A DNA stretch of 64,000 bases from Thermoplasmatales archaeon (GTDB lineage Archaea; Thermoplasmatota; Thermoplasmata; Thermoplasmatales; Thermoplasmataceae), in NCBI GenBank assembly GCA_027310185.1, contig DAIDBH010000006.1, positions 1-64,000 on the forward strand. Direction: 5' to 3'. The notes under the pieces were generated by a model that did not search any database, was not told where the DNA came from, and worked only from the letters and a program-made list of their open reading frames with translations. Made by a program: the position numbers and the translations under genes. Of this stretch, positions 30,438 through 40,208 are shown one piece after another. Position 1 is the stretch's first letter. The number at the start of each line of letters is the position of its first letter.

Positions 30438-31538
30438 CTAATTTCTATTGCTGGTTACCTGCGTGTAACTCTCACTCAATATCACCTGAAATGAAACTAT
30501 GGATTTCAAGATGGTAGAATTTTCTTCAAGTTTTAAAAAATATGGTGGATATACATTTACTTCAATCAATTTGAGATCTGGAAATAAGTGTTCCGCTAAA
30601 AAATCGTAAATATAATCAAATATTTGGCTTGTTGTGAAGCCATCCTGTTCCATGGATGAAACATTATTTGATAAAACAGAAATTTCCCTATTATGTGATC
30701 TTAGCATATTTATCAGCATATTTCTTAATTCTGTATCTGTGCAATTAGGAATTACTTTTATTTTTCCATCCTTCATGTATATGACTCTCAAATCCATATA
30801 ATTCATAATGCGGAGGGGATCGTAAACAATTCTTGCCTTGTAACCTGTGGATCGAAGTCGGTTTCTTATGTCATCTGGCGTGACTGATTCATCCACATCC
30901 TTCAGATCATAACCGTCGAATTCCACATGTCCTTCCTTAATTAAATCCTTAAGGAATAACCTCATTTCTTCCTGTTCGATTTCTCGGTAGACTGTAAAGA
31001 ATGTTTTGCTTAACTGTTTCATATCATCAATATGGCTTGATGAATAGGAATACATGATCCTTATTTCGATGGGCGACTCATTGCTGTCAACATTCTTCTT
31101 CAATTCCAGGAAGAACCCATGATATAATAGGTTCAATGAAAGTATTGGGAATTTTACATCCTCGGATATGTATATCCTTGAATTCTGTTTATCGAACAGT
31201 AGCTCATCACCATATTCCTTGGAAAGAATGAACTCTAGGGCATCCCATGTTTCATTGTCTATGAGATAATCAAACAGACCCTGTTTTGGCCCCTTTCTCT
31301 CATCATCGATCCTCTTTCTTTTGATCTGTTCTTCATGCAATTCTTTTTCCTTTCTAAGTCTCTTCCTTTCCTCTTCCTCCCTTATCTTAATTTCCACTTC
31401 CCTGTTCCATCTCTCAATGGAGTGTCTAACACTCTGTACAGAGTTGCTATTTATTCTTTCTGCAATTTCTTCGTAGCTCATTCCCTGTTTATACAGTTCA
31501 AGCATCTGCTTCTTGTTGTATTTCTTGCTCTTTGGCAT
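30438..31538 (-). CDS. HTH-containing hypothetical protein with a coiled coil
   Basis: MLELYKQGMSYEEIAERINSNSVQSVRH HTH followed by a charged helix. Confidence 0.7.
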   Translation of the reverse strand: MPKSKKYNKKQMLELYKQGMSYEEIAERINSNSVQSVRHSIERWNREVEIKIREEEERKRLRKEKELHEEQIKRKRIDDERKGPKQGLFDYLIDNETWDALEFILSKEYGDELLFDKQNSRIYISEDVKFPILSLNLLYHGFFLELKKNVDSNESPIEIRIMYSYSSSHIDDMKQLSKTFFTVYREIEQEEMRLFLKDLIKEGHVEFDGYDLKDVDESVTPDDIRNRLRSTGYKARIVYDPLRIMNYMDLRVIYMKDGKIKVIPNCTDTELRNMLINMLRSHNREISVLSNNVSSMEQDGFTTSQIFDYIYDFLAEHLFPDLKLIEVNVYPPYFLKLEENSTILKSIVSFQVILSESYTQVTSNRN

Positions 31539-31654
31539 AACACTCGATTAATATAGGATGTGTTTAAATATAAAGTTTTGTGCTTTAATTTATACTTGAT
31601 GCAGTTACATGAACTTTTTTAAATGCTTTTAATTAACAAAGATACATGAACAAT

Positions 31655-31920
31655 TGCTTGCATTATTTTGCATTATAATTGAATTATTCTGTAGCATGTT
31701 TGTATTATTGTTGTATTATTATTGCATTACCTTTGCATTATAATTGAATTAAAATTGCATTATTTCCTGAAAAGTGGAGGGTGAAAAGCTTCAAAAATTT
31801 ACATGATCAGTGGGATAAAAACAGGGAAATATGCCACTTTGACTTAGTAGAATCTACTAAGCACTAGATTTCAGGATGCAAATAGGAAAAAGAAAAGTGG
31901 TGATGTATTTACATGTAAAT
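31655..31920. repeat. TTGCATTATAATTGAATTA direct repeats and second copy of the two-palindrome module
   Basis: 19-mer present twice plus several TGCATTA; CTTAGTAGAATCTACTAAG at 31843-31861; ATTTACATGTAAAT at 31907-31920. Confidence 0.7.
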
Positions 31921-32144
31921 GCACCAATTGGAAGGCTAGACACAGAGTTAATACAATGGTATGGATGTTATGTGATTATGTTCAATTGCAAGATCTAATA
32001 ACATTGTTTGAGCCTTATGGTTACATCAAAATTCCTGATTAGAATTTCATTAGTTCTCCTTTGTTTTGGGAGATAATGGCTAATCAGGAACCCATTGCCA
32101 TTACAATTTTCTTTTTTTATTTACCTGGACACATCCCTTAGAAT

Positions 32145-33479
32145 TCATTCATGAAGCTTTATAACTGCCTTATCACCATTTGGATATATCTGGATCAGGT
32201 CCCATCCTGAGTTCAGGTATGAAGATAGTTCACCTTCAGGTATTGTCTTGTACCTGTTCCCGTTGTTAAGGATCTCTGCCTTCCTGTTGCTGAATATATC
32301 CTTCAGCCTCTTCTGCAATTCCTCAGTATCCAGTTTCATCAGCTCTTCCTTCTCCTCATCTGTCAGTTTCACACTGTATGCAGTTTCAAGGATCATGATG
32401 GCAGTCTCCCTCATGGTATCTGAAGTGATCTTTGCAACATCCTCTTCCTTCAACCCATGATCCTCTGTTTCAAGGAATCTTGATGCCTTTGAATACTGCT
32501 CCCTCATGTCTTCAATTACTGTTTCTGGAAGAATTCCATGATTGAGTGTGTATTCATGCTCCATATCACCGGTATGGCCCATCCAGAATACCCTGTAATC
32601 CCTCTTCAGGTTTGTCTTTGATTCTGCCTGTAGCAGCTGCGTATCAAAGTATTTCCTAAGCACATATGGCCTCTGCCTCAATCCTGATCTTCTGATGGTG
32701 TTCCTTATGAGATCGCCAATGTTTGTTGTTGTTATGAAATGCACATTAGCCCTGATCCCCTGTTTTGCCGGTGTTATGATGGGAGACTCTGATCTTATTG
32801 TCTCACCCTGTTTTATCCGCCCTTCAATGTATATCTTCAGGTAATTTGCACCTTCATTGCCAATGAATGAGAAATACTCATTTTCTTTCTTGCTGAGTTC
32901 TGATCTTATAATAATCCTTACCGGTATCTTTGTAAAGGAAACAATGCCATCCCTGATGTCCATATCAGGTATATCTGAAATCCTCAGGCCGTCTGTTCCC
33001 CTGTAATTGCCCAATACCTGAGGCCTGACACCTGCAAATGCCATGATGGAACATGCAAGCCTTTCCCTCGTATCCCCTGCAAGGAATATGCTCTTCAATT
33101 CATCCTGCGTTGGCACTCTTTCATTCTTCAACGATGGCCTGGAATTTGATCCCTTGATCTTGATCTTCCTCGTGATCTGTATGCCATTGAACAGGTACCA
33201 TGATTTGACAGGCTTTATCAGTGCTTCAAGGTAGGTACCTGACCTTTCCCTGCCATCATGATTCCTGAACTCACTTACGAAATCTACAAGAAGATCATTC
33301 CTTTCCTTATCATCCAGTTTCAACAGCTCCTTAGGAGTCTTTTTAACAAATTCACAGAATAATCCAAGACGCCTTATGCTAGTATCAGCGGTTGTCTGTG
33401 AACCCTCCTTTACATTGTTATACCATCTTCTTATGTCCTGGTCATGTAAAAGATCAAAATGCCTGTGCTTTCCAACCAT
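32145..33479 (-). CDS. Tyrosine recombinase / site-specific integrase
   Basis: Catalytic set GVRP (R), YVLRKYF (YxxR in place of HxxR), MGH, EYT. Confidence 0.92.
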   Translation of the reverse strand: MVGKHRHFDLLHDQDIRRWYNNVKEGSQTTADTSIRRLGLFCEFVKKTPKELLKLDDKERNDLLVDFVSEFRNHDGRERSGTYLEALIKPVKSWYLFNGIQITRKIKIKGSNSRPSLKNERVPTQDELKSIFLAGDTRERLACSIMAFAGVRPQVLGNYRGTDGLRISDIPDMDIRDGIVSFTKIPVRIIIRSELSKKENEYFSFIGNEGANYLKIYIEGRIKQGETIRSESPIITPAKQGIRANVHFITTTNIGDLIRNTIRRSGLRQRPYVLRKYFDTQLLQAESKTNLKRDYRVFWMGHTGDMEHEYTLNHGILPETVIEDMREQYSKASRFLETEDHGLKEEDVAKITSDTMRETAIMILETAYSVKLTDEEKEELMKLDTEELQKRLKDIFSNRKAEILNNGNRYKTIPEGELSSYLNSGWDLIQIYPNGDKAVIKLHE

Positions 33480-33536
33480 ATATGGAAAGCATTAATTTGT
33501 TAATAAAACTTACTAACCTATACCCAATTAGGTATT

Positions 33537-33552
33537 AATCCGGCCAGGCCCA
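33537..33552 (+). other. attR-like site (duplicated tRNA 3' end)
   Basis: AATCCGGCCAGGCCCA reads as T-loop end + T-stem + acceptor 3' strand + discriminator; 58 bp from the integrase start. Confidence 0.75.
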
Positions 33553-33953
33553 TTATGAGTGAATTCCTTTGTTTTTTAATGCGGTTTGGCATACCCTTTC
33601 AGTACACAACAGCGATTCTGAGTTTTTATTCATATTGATAAGTTTTTTGGTAGAATAATTCAGGAAAGTCACAGAGACCGATCTATGTTCCGGACTTTCG
33701 AACGGATAGCTTTCTTGAATTGCTAAAATTGAACGTAAGAACCGACGATATAGGCGTACCGTACTACCCATATTTCTATTCTAACGATATGCTTATCGTT
33801 GCCTTTCTGGATCGGGTGTTCCACGCCGAATCTAACAAAGAAACGTGGAAACCAGTCATAGACTGTGATTTGTCCATGGGTATTCCAACGAACCTACTTG
33901 ATTTTTTCCCAAATTGTTTTGAAGATGGATATTTTTAGAATGATGATTCGCAT

Positions 33954-34190
33954 TTATTTCAGGTACCTTTTAGTATCTGTGGTTCTATATGCTGTGATTA
34001 TGAAAGGTATATTATTTATATCTTTGTAGACCACAACGATGACGCTGTCATCAAATTTCTTTAAAGCCTTCTTCAGTTCTCCAATTTCAACCAGCCTGTC
34101 TGGATTGGAAATTACCTTCCCGATTATTTCTTTAGATAGCCCTCTTTCACGTATGCGCTTGAGAGAGTGCGTGGAATAGTTGATAATCAT
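33954..34190 (-). CDS. DUF4258-family putative toxin (RelE-like)
   Basis: YSTHSLKRIRERGLS..I..PD..VVY..IITAY. Confidence 0.85.
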   Translation of the reverse strand: MIINYSTHSLKRIRERGLSKEIIGKVISNPDRLVEIGELKKALKKFDDSVIVVVYKDINNIPFIITAYRTTDTKRYLK

Positions 34191-34414
34191 TTGGCCATCG
34201 ATACTACGTTCCCAATTTGCTTAGTTATCAATTGGTTGATGCTGACCTTGTTGTTCGAGAAATTAAGAATTTCCATTCCTAAGATTCTGTTATCCTTGTC
34301 AAGATCGACAAAAGTGTATTCGTCCAACTCTATAGTTCGAGAAACCTTACCTTTGACCATTCGTATATAAGCAGCATCCGCCTGGGAATCATACTCCAAT
34401 AGGTATTTGTTCAC
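34187..34414 (-). CDS. DUF2283-family putative antitoxin
   Basis: YDSQADAAYI..VDLD..ILGMEIL; ATGA overlap with the toxin. Confidence 0.88.
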   Translation of the reverse strand: MNKYLLEYDSQADAAYIRMVKGKVSRTIELDEYTFVDLDKDNRILGMEILNFSNNKVSINQLITKQIGNVVSMAK

Positions 34415-34516
34415 GGTGGTTGTATAACTAAGAGTAGCTATAAACTTTTCCTTCTAACTAAAACTATCATGTTATGGGACTTTGTTGAAATATCTTGAAT
34501 GGATTGGGGAATTAAG

Positions 34517-34532
34517 CAAATCCGACCAGGCC
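34517..34532 (+). other. Second, degenerate att copy
   Basis: CAAATCCGACCAGGCC versus AATCCGGCCAGGCC. Confidence 0.55.
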
Positions 34533-34732
34533 TTTCGTACTATTTGTCATACCCCAGCATTCATTTAAACTTTATTGCACTGCGCAGTTCCGTGGGACGT
34601 TGTGCAATTAGGGCGTTTTTTAGACTTCATCTGCACTCACCTACTGAAAATGACCTGCGTAACCGGGGTCAATACTCTGCTGCGGATGAGCAGGTCAAGT
34701 ATAGGACATCGTTCCTAATACAGCACATACGA

Positions 34733-35323
34733 CTATTGTTTTCCCTTTGTTAGAGGTTTGATTCTATACCCAGAGTAAAATCCTCTCTCAACCATGCCAG
34801 TATCAAGATTAATAACTGACAGATCAGGCATCTTCAGTGTTTTCCAGCTGATTGGGTCAAATGCCGTGCCTATGAGATGCCTGTACAGTACGGTGATCAC
34901 CACTCCGTGTGAAACAATCATTACCGATTTTCCCATGGATTCTCTCAGTATATCCATCATACAACTGACTATTCTTTCCCTGACATCATTGTACCTTTCA
35001 AAGTTTTTATCGTCGTGTCCAGACAGGTATTGGTCCACGTAGCGGGTGAATGTACCATGCTCAACATATGGAAAATGCCGTTCAACCTCTTTCAGGCAGT
35101 CTCGTTCCACCTTTACAATTCCATAAATATCGCTTATTATGTCTGCAGTCTGGGACGCTTTTTTGAGAGGACTGTAATAAATGCAATCAATGCTGTCAGT
35201 AGATATTCCGTCAAACATCTTCACAACAGCACCATAAGCGTTATCTGTAAGTTCCCATCTATCTGGCGCCGCGTCTGCATCTATCCTTGTCTCTGCATGT
35301 CTTACAAAATATAGCTTAGTCAT
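34733..35323 (-). CDS. Histidine phosphatase family protein
   Basis: FVRHAET, SPLKKASQTA, IVSHG. Confidence 0.9.
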   Translation of the reverse strand: MTKLYFVRHAETRIDADAAPDRWELTDNAYGAVVKMFDGISTDSIDCIYYSPLKKASQTADIISDIYGIVKVERDCLKEVERHFPYVEHGTFTRYVDQYLSGHDDKNFERYNDVRERIVSCMMDILRESMGKSVMIVSHGVVITVLYRHLIGTAFDPISWKTLKMPDLSVINLDTGMVERGFYSGYRIKPLTKGKQ

Positions 35324-35489
35324 ACGTCAGGACCTTATGGGAACTGCTCTTATTATTCTTGCATAATCTACCTGGTCAATGAATATGACAAATGTTATCA
35401 TATATAGAGCCGGATAATTATGGTGGTTTTACCCTGGCGGGATACCCTGTCATGAATTGCAGAAGGGAGCAGGCATTCAATAATTATAT

Positions 35490-35855
35490 TTTGCCTATAA
35501 CCCCTTCATTTTCCAATGTTGGGCTTGAATTCTCATTTGCAATATTCATATCAAACCTCGCAACTTTGCCATTAAATTTATCCAAATACCTTAAACCACC
35601 TTAAATCTAGCAATATATGAACCTGTTTTGCCTTCATCCTCTAATTTCCTAACAAAATCCATAAAATTGTCTCTAAATTCTGTTTTTACATATTTTCCAG
35701 AATAATATTAGAGGTAGTATTCTCTAATTAACATTAATAACCTAATGTCCTTCTATAAACGGTGGCTGTCAATATACATTTACCTTTAAATGCTCAAATC
35801 GTAACTTTATTTTCTCGCTTTCTAACATTCCTTCATATTTATCTATGAGAGTCAT
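35490..35855 (-). pseudogene. Degraded N-terminal fragment of a tyrosine integrase
   Basis: Across frames: MTLIDKYEGMLESEKI.., ILTATVYRRTLG, FRDNFMDFVRKLEDEGKTGSYIARFK, KFNG..NIANENSSPTLENE; colinear with the N-terminus of 32145-33479; stops and frameshifts. Confidence 0.8.
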
Positions 35856-35905
35856 GTAAAATATTTTTAATATGCTATTAGGATATTCTATTACGTCTCT
35901 AATCT

Positions 35906-35921
35906 AATCTGGCTAGGCCTA
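35906..35921 (+). other. Third, degenerate att copy
   Basis: AATCTGGCTAGGCCTA (three C>T changes), 51 bp from the fossil integrase start. Confidence 0.65.
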
Positions 35922-36071
35922 CTGTACGAGGATTCCTTTTTTTACTTGTGTAACTAACGTAACCATTAAGTACACAAATCAGAAAGAATGTTCCATGGGT
36001 GTATCATATTTATCATATGATCCTGGACAAAATTTCAATAAAATATAGATCTAATATTCACAAAGTCTTTC

Positions 36072-36542
36072 CTACATCTGTATCAAAATATTTCTTTCTA
36101 GCTCCGAAGTCATATTTTTGATCCAGCTTTTCATCTCGTGTCTCAATATGTTATATTTGATGGGAGGGTTGGGCAAGGGAGAAGCGTACTTCATGTTTTG
36201 AACCAGTGTATTCTTCAGGAATTTTCCTGGTTCGGAGTGCATCATTAATTTCCTGATTTCTTTCCAGAATTTTTTATTTAGTGCTTTGACCCTCCTTTCA
36301 CCAAGTTCTGGTACCATGATGGTAATATTGTAACCAGGGACTTTCTCTATCCTGTTTCCATTCAAAACTACCCATTTACTGATTTCCTGCTCGAAGATGA
36401 CATTTGCTAAATGGAGCGCTATAATACGAACGTTGTTAAAGTCAAAACCGATTTTCAGATTATAGATTACTGAAGAATCATTGGAAGAGATACTTCTTCG
36501 CTGCTGAATATGCTCCCATAATGCTTCATCTCTGGTTTTCAT
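36072..36542 (-). CDS. Hypothetical protein
   Basis: 156-aa ORF with ATG and upstream TATA-like element. Confidence 0.6.
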   Translation of the reverse strand: MKTRDEALWEHIQQRRSISSNDSSVIYNLKIGFDFNNVRIIALHLANVIFEQEISKWVVLNGNRIEKVPGYNITIMVPELGERRVKALNKKFWKEIRKLMMHSEPGKFLKNTLVQNMKYASPLPNPPIKYNILRHEMKSWIKNMTSELERNILIQM

Positions 36543-36676
36543 ATAATAAAGTGAAGTCGGGTGGATATATTATTTTTTGCCAATTAAAGAATGAGTGTTA
36601 AAAACAGGTCTTTTGATTCCAAATTATATGCTCTCACTAAATTTCAGTTAATTTCCAGAAATATTTATGAAGTAGA

Positions 36677-37822
36677 TCATTTTTTAAGCTCTTTTGAACC
36701 CCGGTATCTTATTTCCCTTATTACTTCAGGTATATTTATCTCCATTGGACATACAACCTTACACCCACCGGAATGAACACAGTAACTGGCAGGCCACGGG
36801 TCCTTATTTGTTATGTAATTCCACATGACTCCAGTTGGGCCGTTATATGGGGATGCCCTTGAAACCCAGTCTGTCCCCATTACCCTGTATGTTGGACATG
36901 AGAAATAACACCTGCCGCATTTTATGCACAGTAGGCTTTCTTTCAATGCAGGATCCTTGCTTGCCTCAGTTCTTCCATCATCAATCAGGATCAGGTGAAA
37001 ATTCTTTGGTCCGGTGGCGGGTGAGACACGGTGTGACTCAATGTCCGCTGTTGAACTGGGTCCTGTTGTAACATTGACGTATGTTGGTGGGAATATACCT
37101 GCATATGCGGCCTGGACAATGGCTTCATCCATGGCATCCCTCATTGTTGGAACTATCTTATCAATACCTGTTATGGCAATATGAGTTTGAGGCATTACAG
37201 TATCCATCCTGATGTTTCCCTCGTTTTCAACAAGAACTACGGAGCCACTATCTGCTGCAACCGCATTGGCTCCTGTTATTCCTATATCGGCCTTGAGATA
37301 TTTCGACATCAGGAATTTTCTCACCCCAGCCACAACCTCTTCAATGCTTGAGCTCTTGTTTATTGTCTTATCGTACTTATTTACTGCTTCAGATGCCTGC
37401 TGGAGTGTCATCCCGATTGCAGGTTCCACTATGTGTGCTGGCCAGCTCCTGGATATCTGCACTAGAAATTCACCAAGATCGGTTTCCCAGACCTCATTAT
37501 TTAGCTTTTCCAGATATTCCCTGAGTCCGATCTCATACGCCACATTTGTCTTCGAGAAAACTATGGTCTTGTTCTGCCCTGTTAGTTCTCCAAGGATCTT
37601 CCTTGCCTCTTCCTTGTCCCTGGCCATATGAACTTCCCCACGCACACTTTCAACGCTTTTAACTGTCATTTTTATGTATGTGTCAAGATCGTCAAGCACC
37701 TTCATCTTCTGTTCCCTGAGATGCTTCGTGATTTCCTCTATGTAAGGATACTGCTTCAGGACCCTTTCAACTTCTGCATTATTTCCCTTTGCTATTGGAC
37801 CGATCGTCTGTTCCCAGGTCAT
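36677..37822 (-). CDS. LUD-domain Fe-S protein (LutB/LldF-like)
   Basis: ETDLGE, ENEGN, TGPSSTADIE, CIKCGRC...CP. Confidence 0.88.
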   Translation of the reverse strand: MTWEQTIGPIAKGNNAEVERVLKQYPYIEEITKHLREQKMKVLDDLDTYIKMTVKSVESVRGEVHMARDKEEARKILGELTGQNKTIVFSKTNVAYEIGLREYLEKLNNEVWETDLGEFLVQISRSWPAHIVEPAIGMTLQQASEAVNKYDKTINKSSSIEEVVAGVRKFLMSKYLKADIGITGANAVAADSGSVVLVENEGNIRMDTVMPQTHIAITGIDKIVPTMRDAMDEAIVQAAYAGIFPPTYVNVTTGPSSTADIESHRVSPATGPKNFHLILIDDGRTEASKDPALKESLLCIKCGRCYFSCPTYRVMGTDWVSRASPYNGPTGVMWNYITNKDPWPASYCVHSGGCKVVCPMEINIPEVIREIRYRGSKELKK

Positions 37823-38721
37823 GCTATCACCTCTGCAATATCCTTCACGCTTGCAAACTCTGATAGATTGGCGTAACATAGTGGGCACGCCACAAGTATG
37901 TTTTCGCTTACCTTCTTCAGGTCTTCTGCCCTGGCCCTTGCCATCTCATTACTCAGGCGATCACTCAATGGACCCATGGGTGCACCGCAACATAAACCAC
38001 TCCCCTTTCCTGTTACAACCGGATCTTCCTTCAATTCCACGCCTGAATCTTTCAGCAGTACCCTCACGCTGTCATACATATCAAGGAAACGGGAATAGAG
38101 GCATGAGTCATGGAGAACGAACGACCCCTTGCCACTACCGTTCCTTATGATTTTGAGATATGATGTGAATGGTATATCAAAACCGATGTATCTTTTCAGG
38201 TTGTTCAGTGTGTTGGTTGTATGAGGATCCACGGTTATTATGGATTCTACGCCCTTCTGCTTCAAAAATGATTCCACCTTCAGTCCATATTCCTTGAACT
38301 CATCAATAAGCCCCAGTTCCAGCAGCAGGGAACCACTGTAAGGTTCATCTTCATACAGATATCCAACATTCGCAACATTTTTTGAAACCATTCTGTATAT
38401 GTTTCTAAGTATGCTGTTTGCCCTTTCCACATCCTCTCCCTTTGGTTTTATCGGCTTAGCCCCTATTGATGCAACTATTTTTGAAGTCCCCAGCGACCCG
38501 AAAGTGGGAATATATTTCTCATATGACTTGAACATTGTTGCCATCTGGTACATGAATGATGTATAAATTATTACCTTGCCTCCCCTTGGGATATTCATCT
38601 GATCTGCCCACTGAGTTGCCAGTTTCCTGTCCATTGGAAATGGGATGTATGATTCCATCAGATTCTTATACAGAACATTTCTTACAGTTGCTTCCTGTTT
38701 TCTTACCTGATCTTCGTCCAT
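37819..38721 (-). CDS. CCG-domain (Fe-S)-binding protein (LutA/GlpC-like)
   Basis: HDSC, LCCG, ACPLC. Confidence 0.85.
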   Translation of the reverse strand: MDEDQVRKQEATVRNVLYKNLMESYIPFPMDRKLATQWADQMNIPRGGKVIIYTSFMYQMATMFKSYEKYIPTFGSLGTSKIVASIGAKPIKPKGEDVERANSILRNIYRMVSKNVANVGYLYEDEPYSGSLLLELGLIDEFKEYGLKVESFLKQKGVESIITVDPHTTNTLNNLKRYIGFDIPFTSYLKIIRNGSGKGSFVLHDSCLYSRFLDMYDSVRVLLKDSGVELKEDPVVTGKGSGLCCGAPMGPLSDRLSNEMARARAEDLKKVSENILVACPLCYANLSEFASVKDIAEVIA

Positions 38722-38855
38722 TAAAACACCATGATTATAAAATCCAGTTTCATTCTTAAACGTATAGCCTCACATGTTTAATGCATATTTCAATCCCATT
38801 TTTGTTTAAAATTCTTATCAACAAACCTTAATTAAAATGTTTCGATATCTGACAC

Positions 38856-39050
38856 GCCCTGAGATTAGTATAAATGATCTCATGAGTTTATATGACGACA
38901 CAGGGCAATAAATCGCCTCGCCATATGGGCCTCTGCACTAGTAAAGGATCTAATTCCTGCTATGAAATGCCGATCAGAGGCTGGCGAAAAATTCCCCGGG
39001 GGTCAGAGGAACCAGGAAAATGAATGGGTCCCGTTAGAACGGGGAAAAGA
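38856..39050 (+). ncRNA. Putative multi-hairpin box H/ACA guide RNA
   Basis: Hairpin 1 GCCCUG/CAGGGC with pocket, UGA-N5-UGAG K-loop and AUA box 14 nt from the pocket; two further hairpins; upstream TTAATTAA box. Confidence 0.65.
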
Positions 39051-39064
39051 TCAAGAGGTTATTC

Positions 39065-40153
39065 ATGGAAAGCGATCAGAATGTTGAACTCGAAAACCCC
39101 AAGGTTCGAGAAGTAGTGGATATAGTTAAGAATTACATTTATAGCTATGAAATAGAGGTGAATCCACTTTCCATTAAGTTCATGTTTCTGGACTCGGATA
39201 ACCCAATGATTACAAAGAAATTTGCTGAATTAAGCCAGAAGCTTGTATCCATGGGATATATTCCACAGATGGTTAATAGCTATGAGCATTATGTTCAGGT
39301 TTCAATGGGACAGCAAAGGAAATTTGTGTCCAACAAGGTAAATCTCATAATGCTTATTCTAACCATATTTTCCACCCTGTATGCAGGATATTACTTTACC
39401 GGAGATTTCATAAAACCAGGGGCAGATGTATTCTGGAGAACTGTTCTTTATGGCTTTGTATTTTTTACCCTTCCACTCCTGACCATACTTGGTGTTCATG
39501 AATTTGGCCATTTCATAGTGGCAAGACATTACAAGGTCAGGGCTTCCCTTCCATTCTTCATTCCATTCATCCCGCTAGCGTATTCCATTGGTACATTCGG
39601 TGCTTTTATATCATTAAGAGACCCTTTCCCAAACAGGAAGGTAATGACAAATATAGGAGCTGCTGGACCAATAGCAGGTTTTGCGACTGCTTTCCCACTA
39701 CTTTTTGTTGCAAACTATCTTCAGAAGACTATGCCGCTTTATCATCATTTCATCCCCTATTTCCTTCATTACCCGCTGGTTTATCACGTTCTCGGCCTGC
39801 TAATGCCCGTTACCACCCCGTTCTTCCCAATGACAATCTCGGTATGGGTTGGGATATTTGCAACCGCCCTTAACCTGTTTCCCGTTGGCCAGCTGGATGG
39901 GGGCCACATTGTAAGGGGGATGCTTGGAAGAAAGGCTATTTATCTGAGTTACTTCTTCATTCTCGTCCTGTTTTATCTAGGGTTGAGCTATACAGGTTGG
40001 TTGCTGATAGCAATTCTAGTCCTGTTCCTCGGACTTAATCATCCACCTGCCCTTGATGATACATCTCCCATAGGTGCTCTTGAAATTGGAGTTGGAATAC
40101 TTGTTCTTATACTGTTCATACTTTCATTCACGCCTGTCCCAATATATCTGTAG
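39065..40153 (+). CDS. Site-2 protease (peptidase M50)
   Basis: HEFGH, AGP, NLFPVGQLDGGH, TM helices. Confidence 0.95.
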   Translation: MESDQNVELENPKVREVVDIVKNYIYSYEIEVNPLSIKFMFLDSDNPMITKKFAELSQKLVSMGYIPQMVNSYEHYVQVSMGQQRKFVSNKVNLIMLILTIFSTLYAGYYFTGDFIKPGADVFWRTVLYGFVFFTLPLLTILGVHEFGHFIVARHYKVRASLPFFIPFIPLAYSIGTFGAFISLRDPFPNRKVMTNIGAAGPIAGFATAFPLLFVANYLQKTMPLYHHFIPYFLHYPLVYHVLGLLMPVTTPFFPMTISVWVGIFATALNLFPVGQLDGGHIVRGMLGRKAIYLSYFFILVLFYLGLSYTGWLLIAILVLFLGLNHPPALDDTSPIGALEIGVGILVLILFILSFTPVPIYL

Positions 40154-40208
40154 TTTTAAGTAGATAACATATGACAATCTTTATTATCAGAATTATATAT
40201 TTGCCATC

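Larger units (their letters stand above)
1..33552. mobile_element. Integrated plasmid-like element / defence island (left end lies outside the window)
   Basis: Prim-pol replication module, many defence genes, lower GC than the core region, and a terminal tyrosine integrase whose 5' end abuts a tRNA-3'-like att sequence at 33537-33552. Confidence 0.8.

Noticed and set aside
29015-32140. CRISPR array
   Set aside because: Repeats are short, degenerate and irregularly spaced; no repeat-spacer periodicity and no cas genes
33553-33938. Short ORFs 33553-33771 and 33720-33938
   Set aside because: No recognisable motif; probably a decayed gene fragment that cannot be assigned
34499-34753. 84-aa ORF and the TGACCTGC/GCAGGTCA inverted repeat at 34651-34697
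   Set aside because: The ORF crosses an att copy and is not protein-like; a single 8-bp stem is too weak to call an RNA
35392-35604. 70-aa plus-strand ORF
   Set aside because: Antisense shadow of the integrase pseudogene
38856-39050. RNase P or SRP RNA
   Set aside because: Lacks the RNase P P4 consensus and the SRP helix 8 motif on both strands
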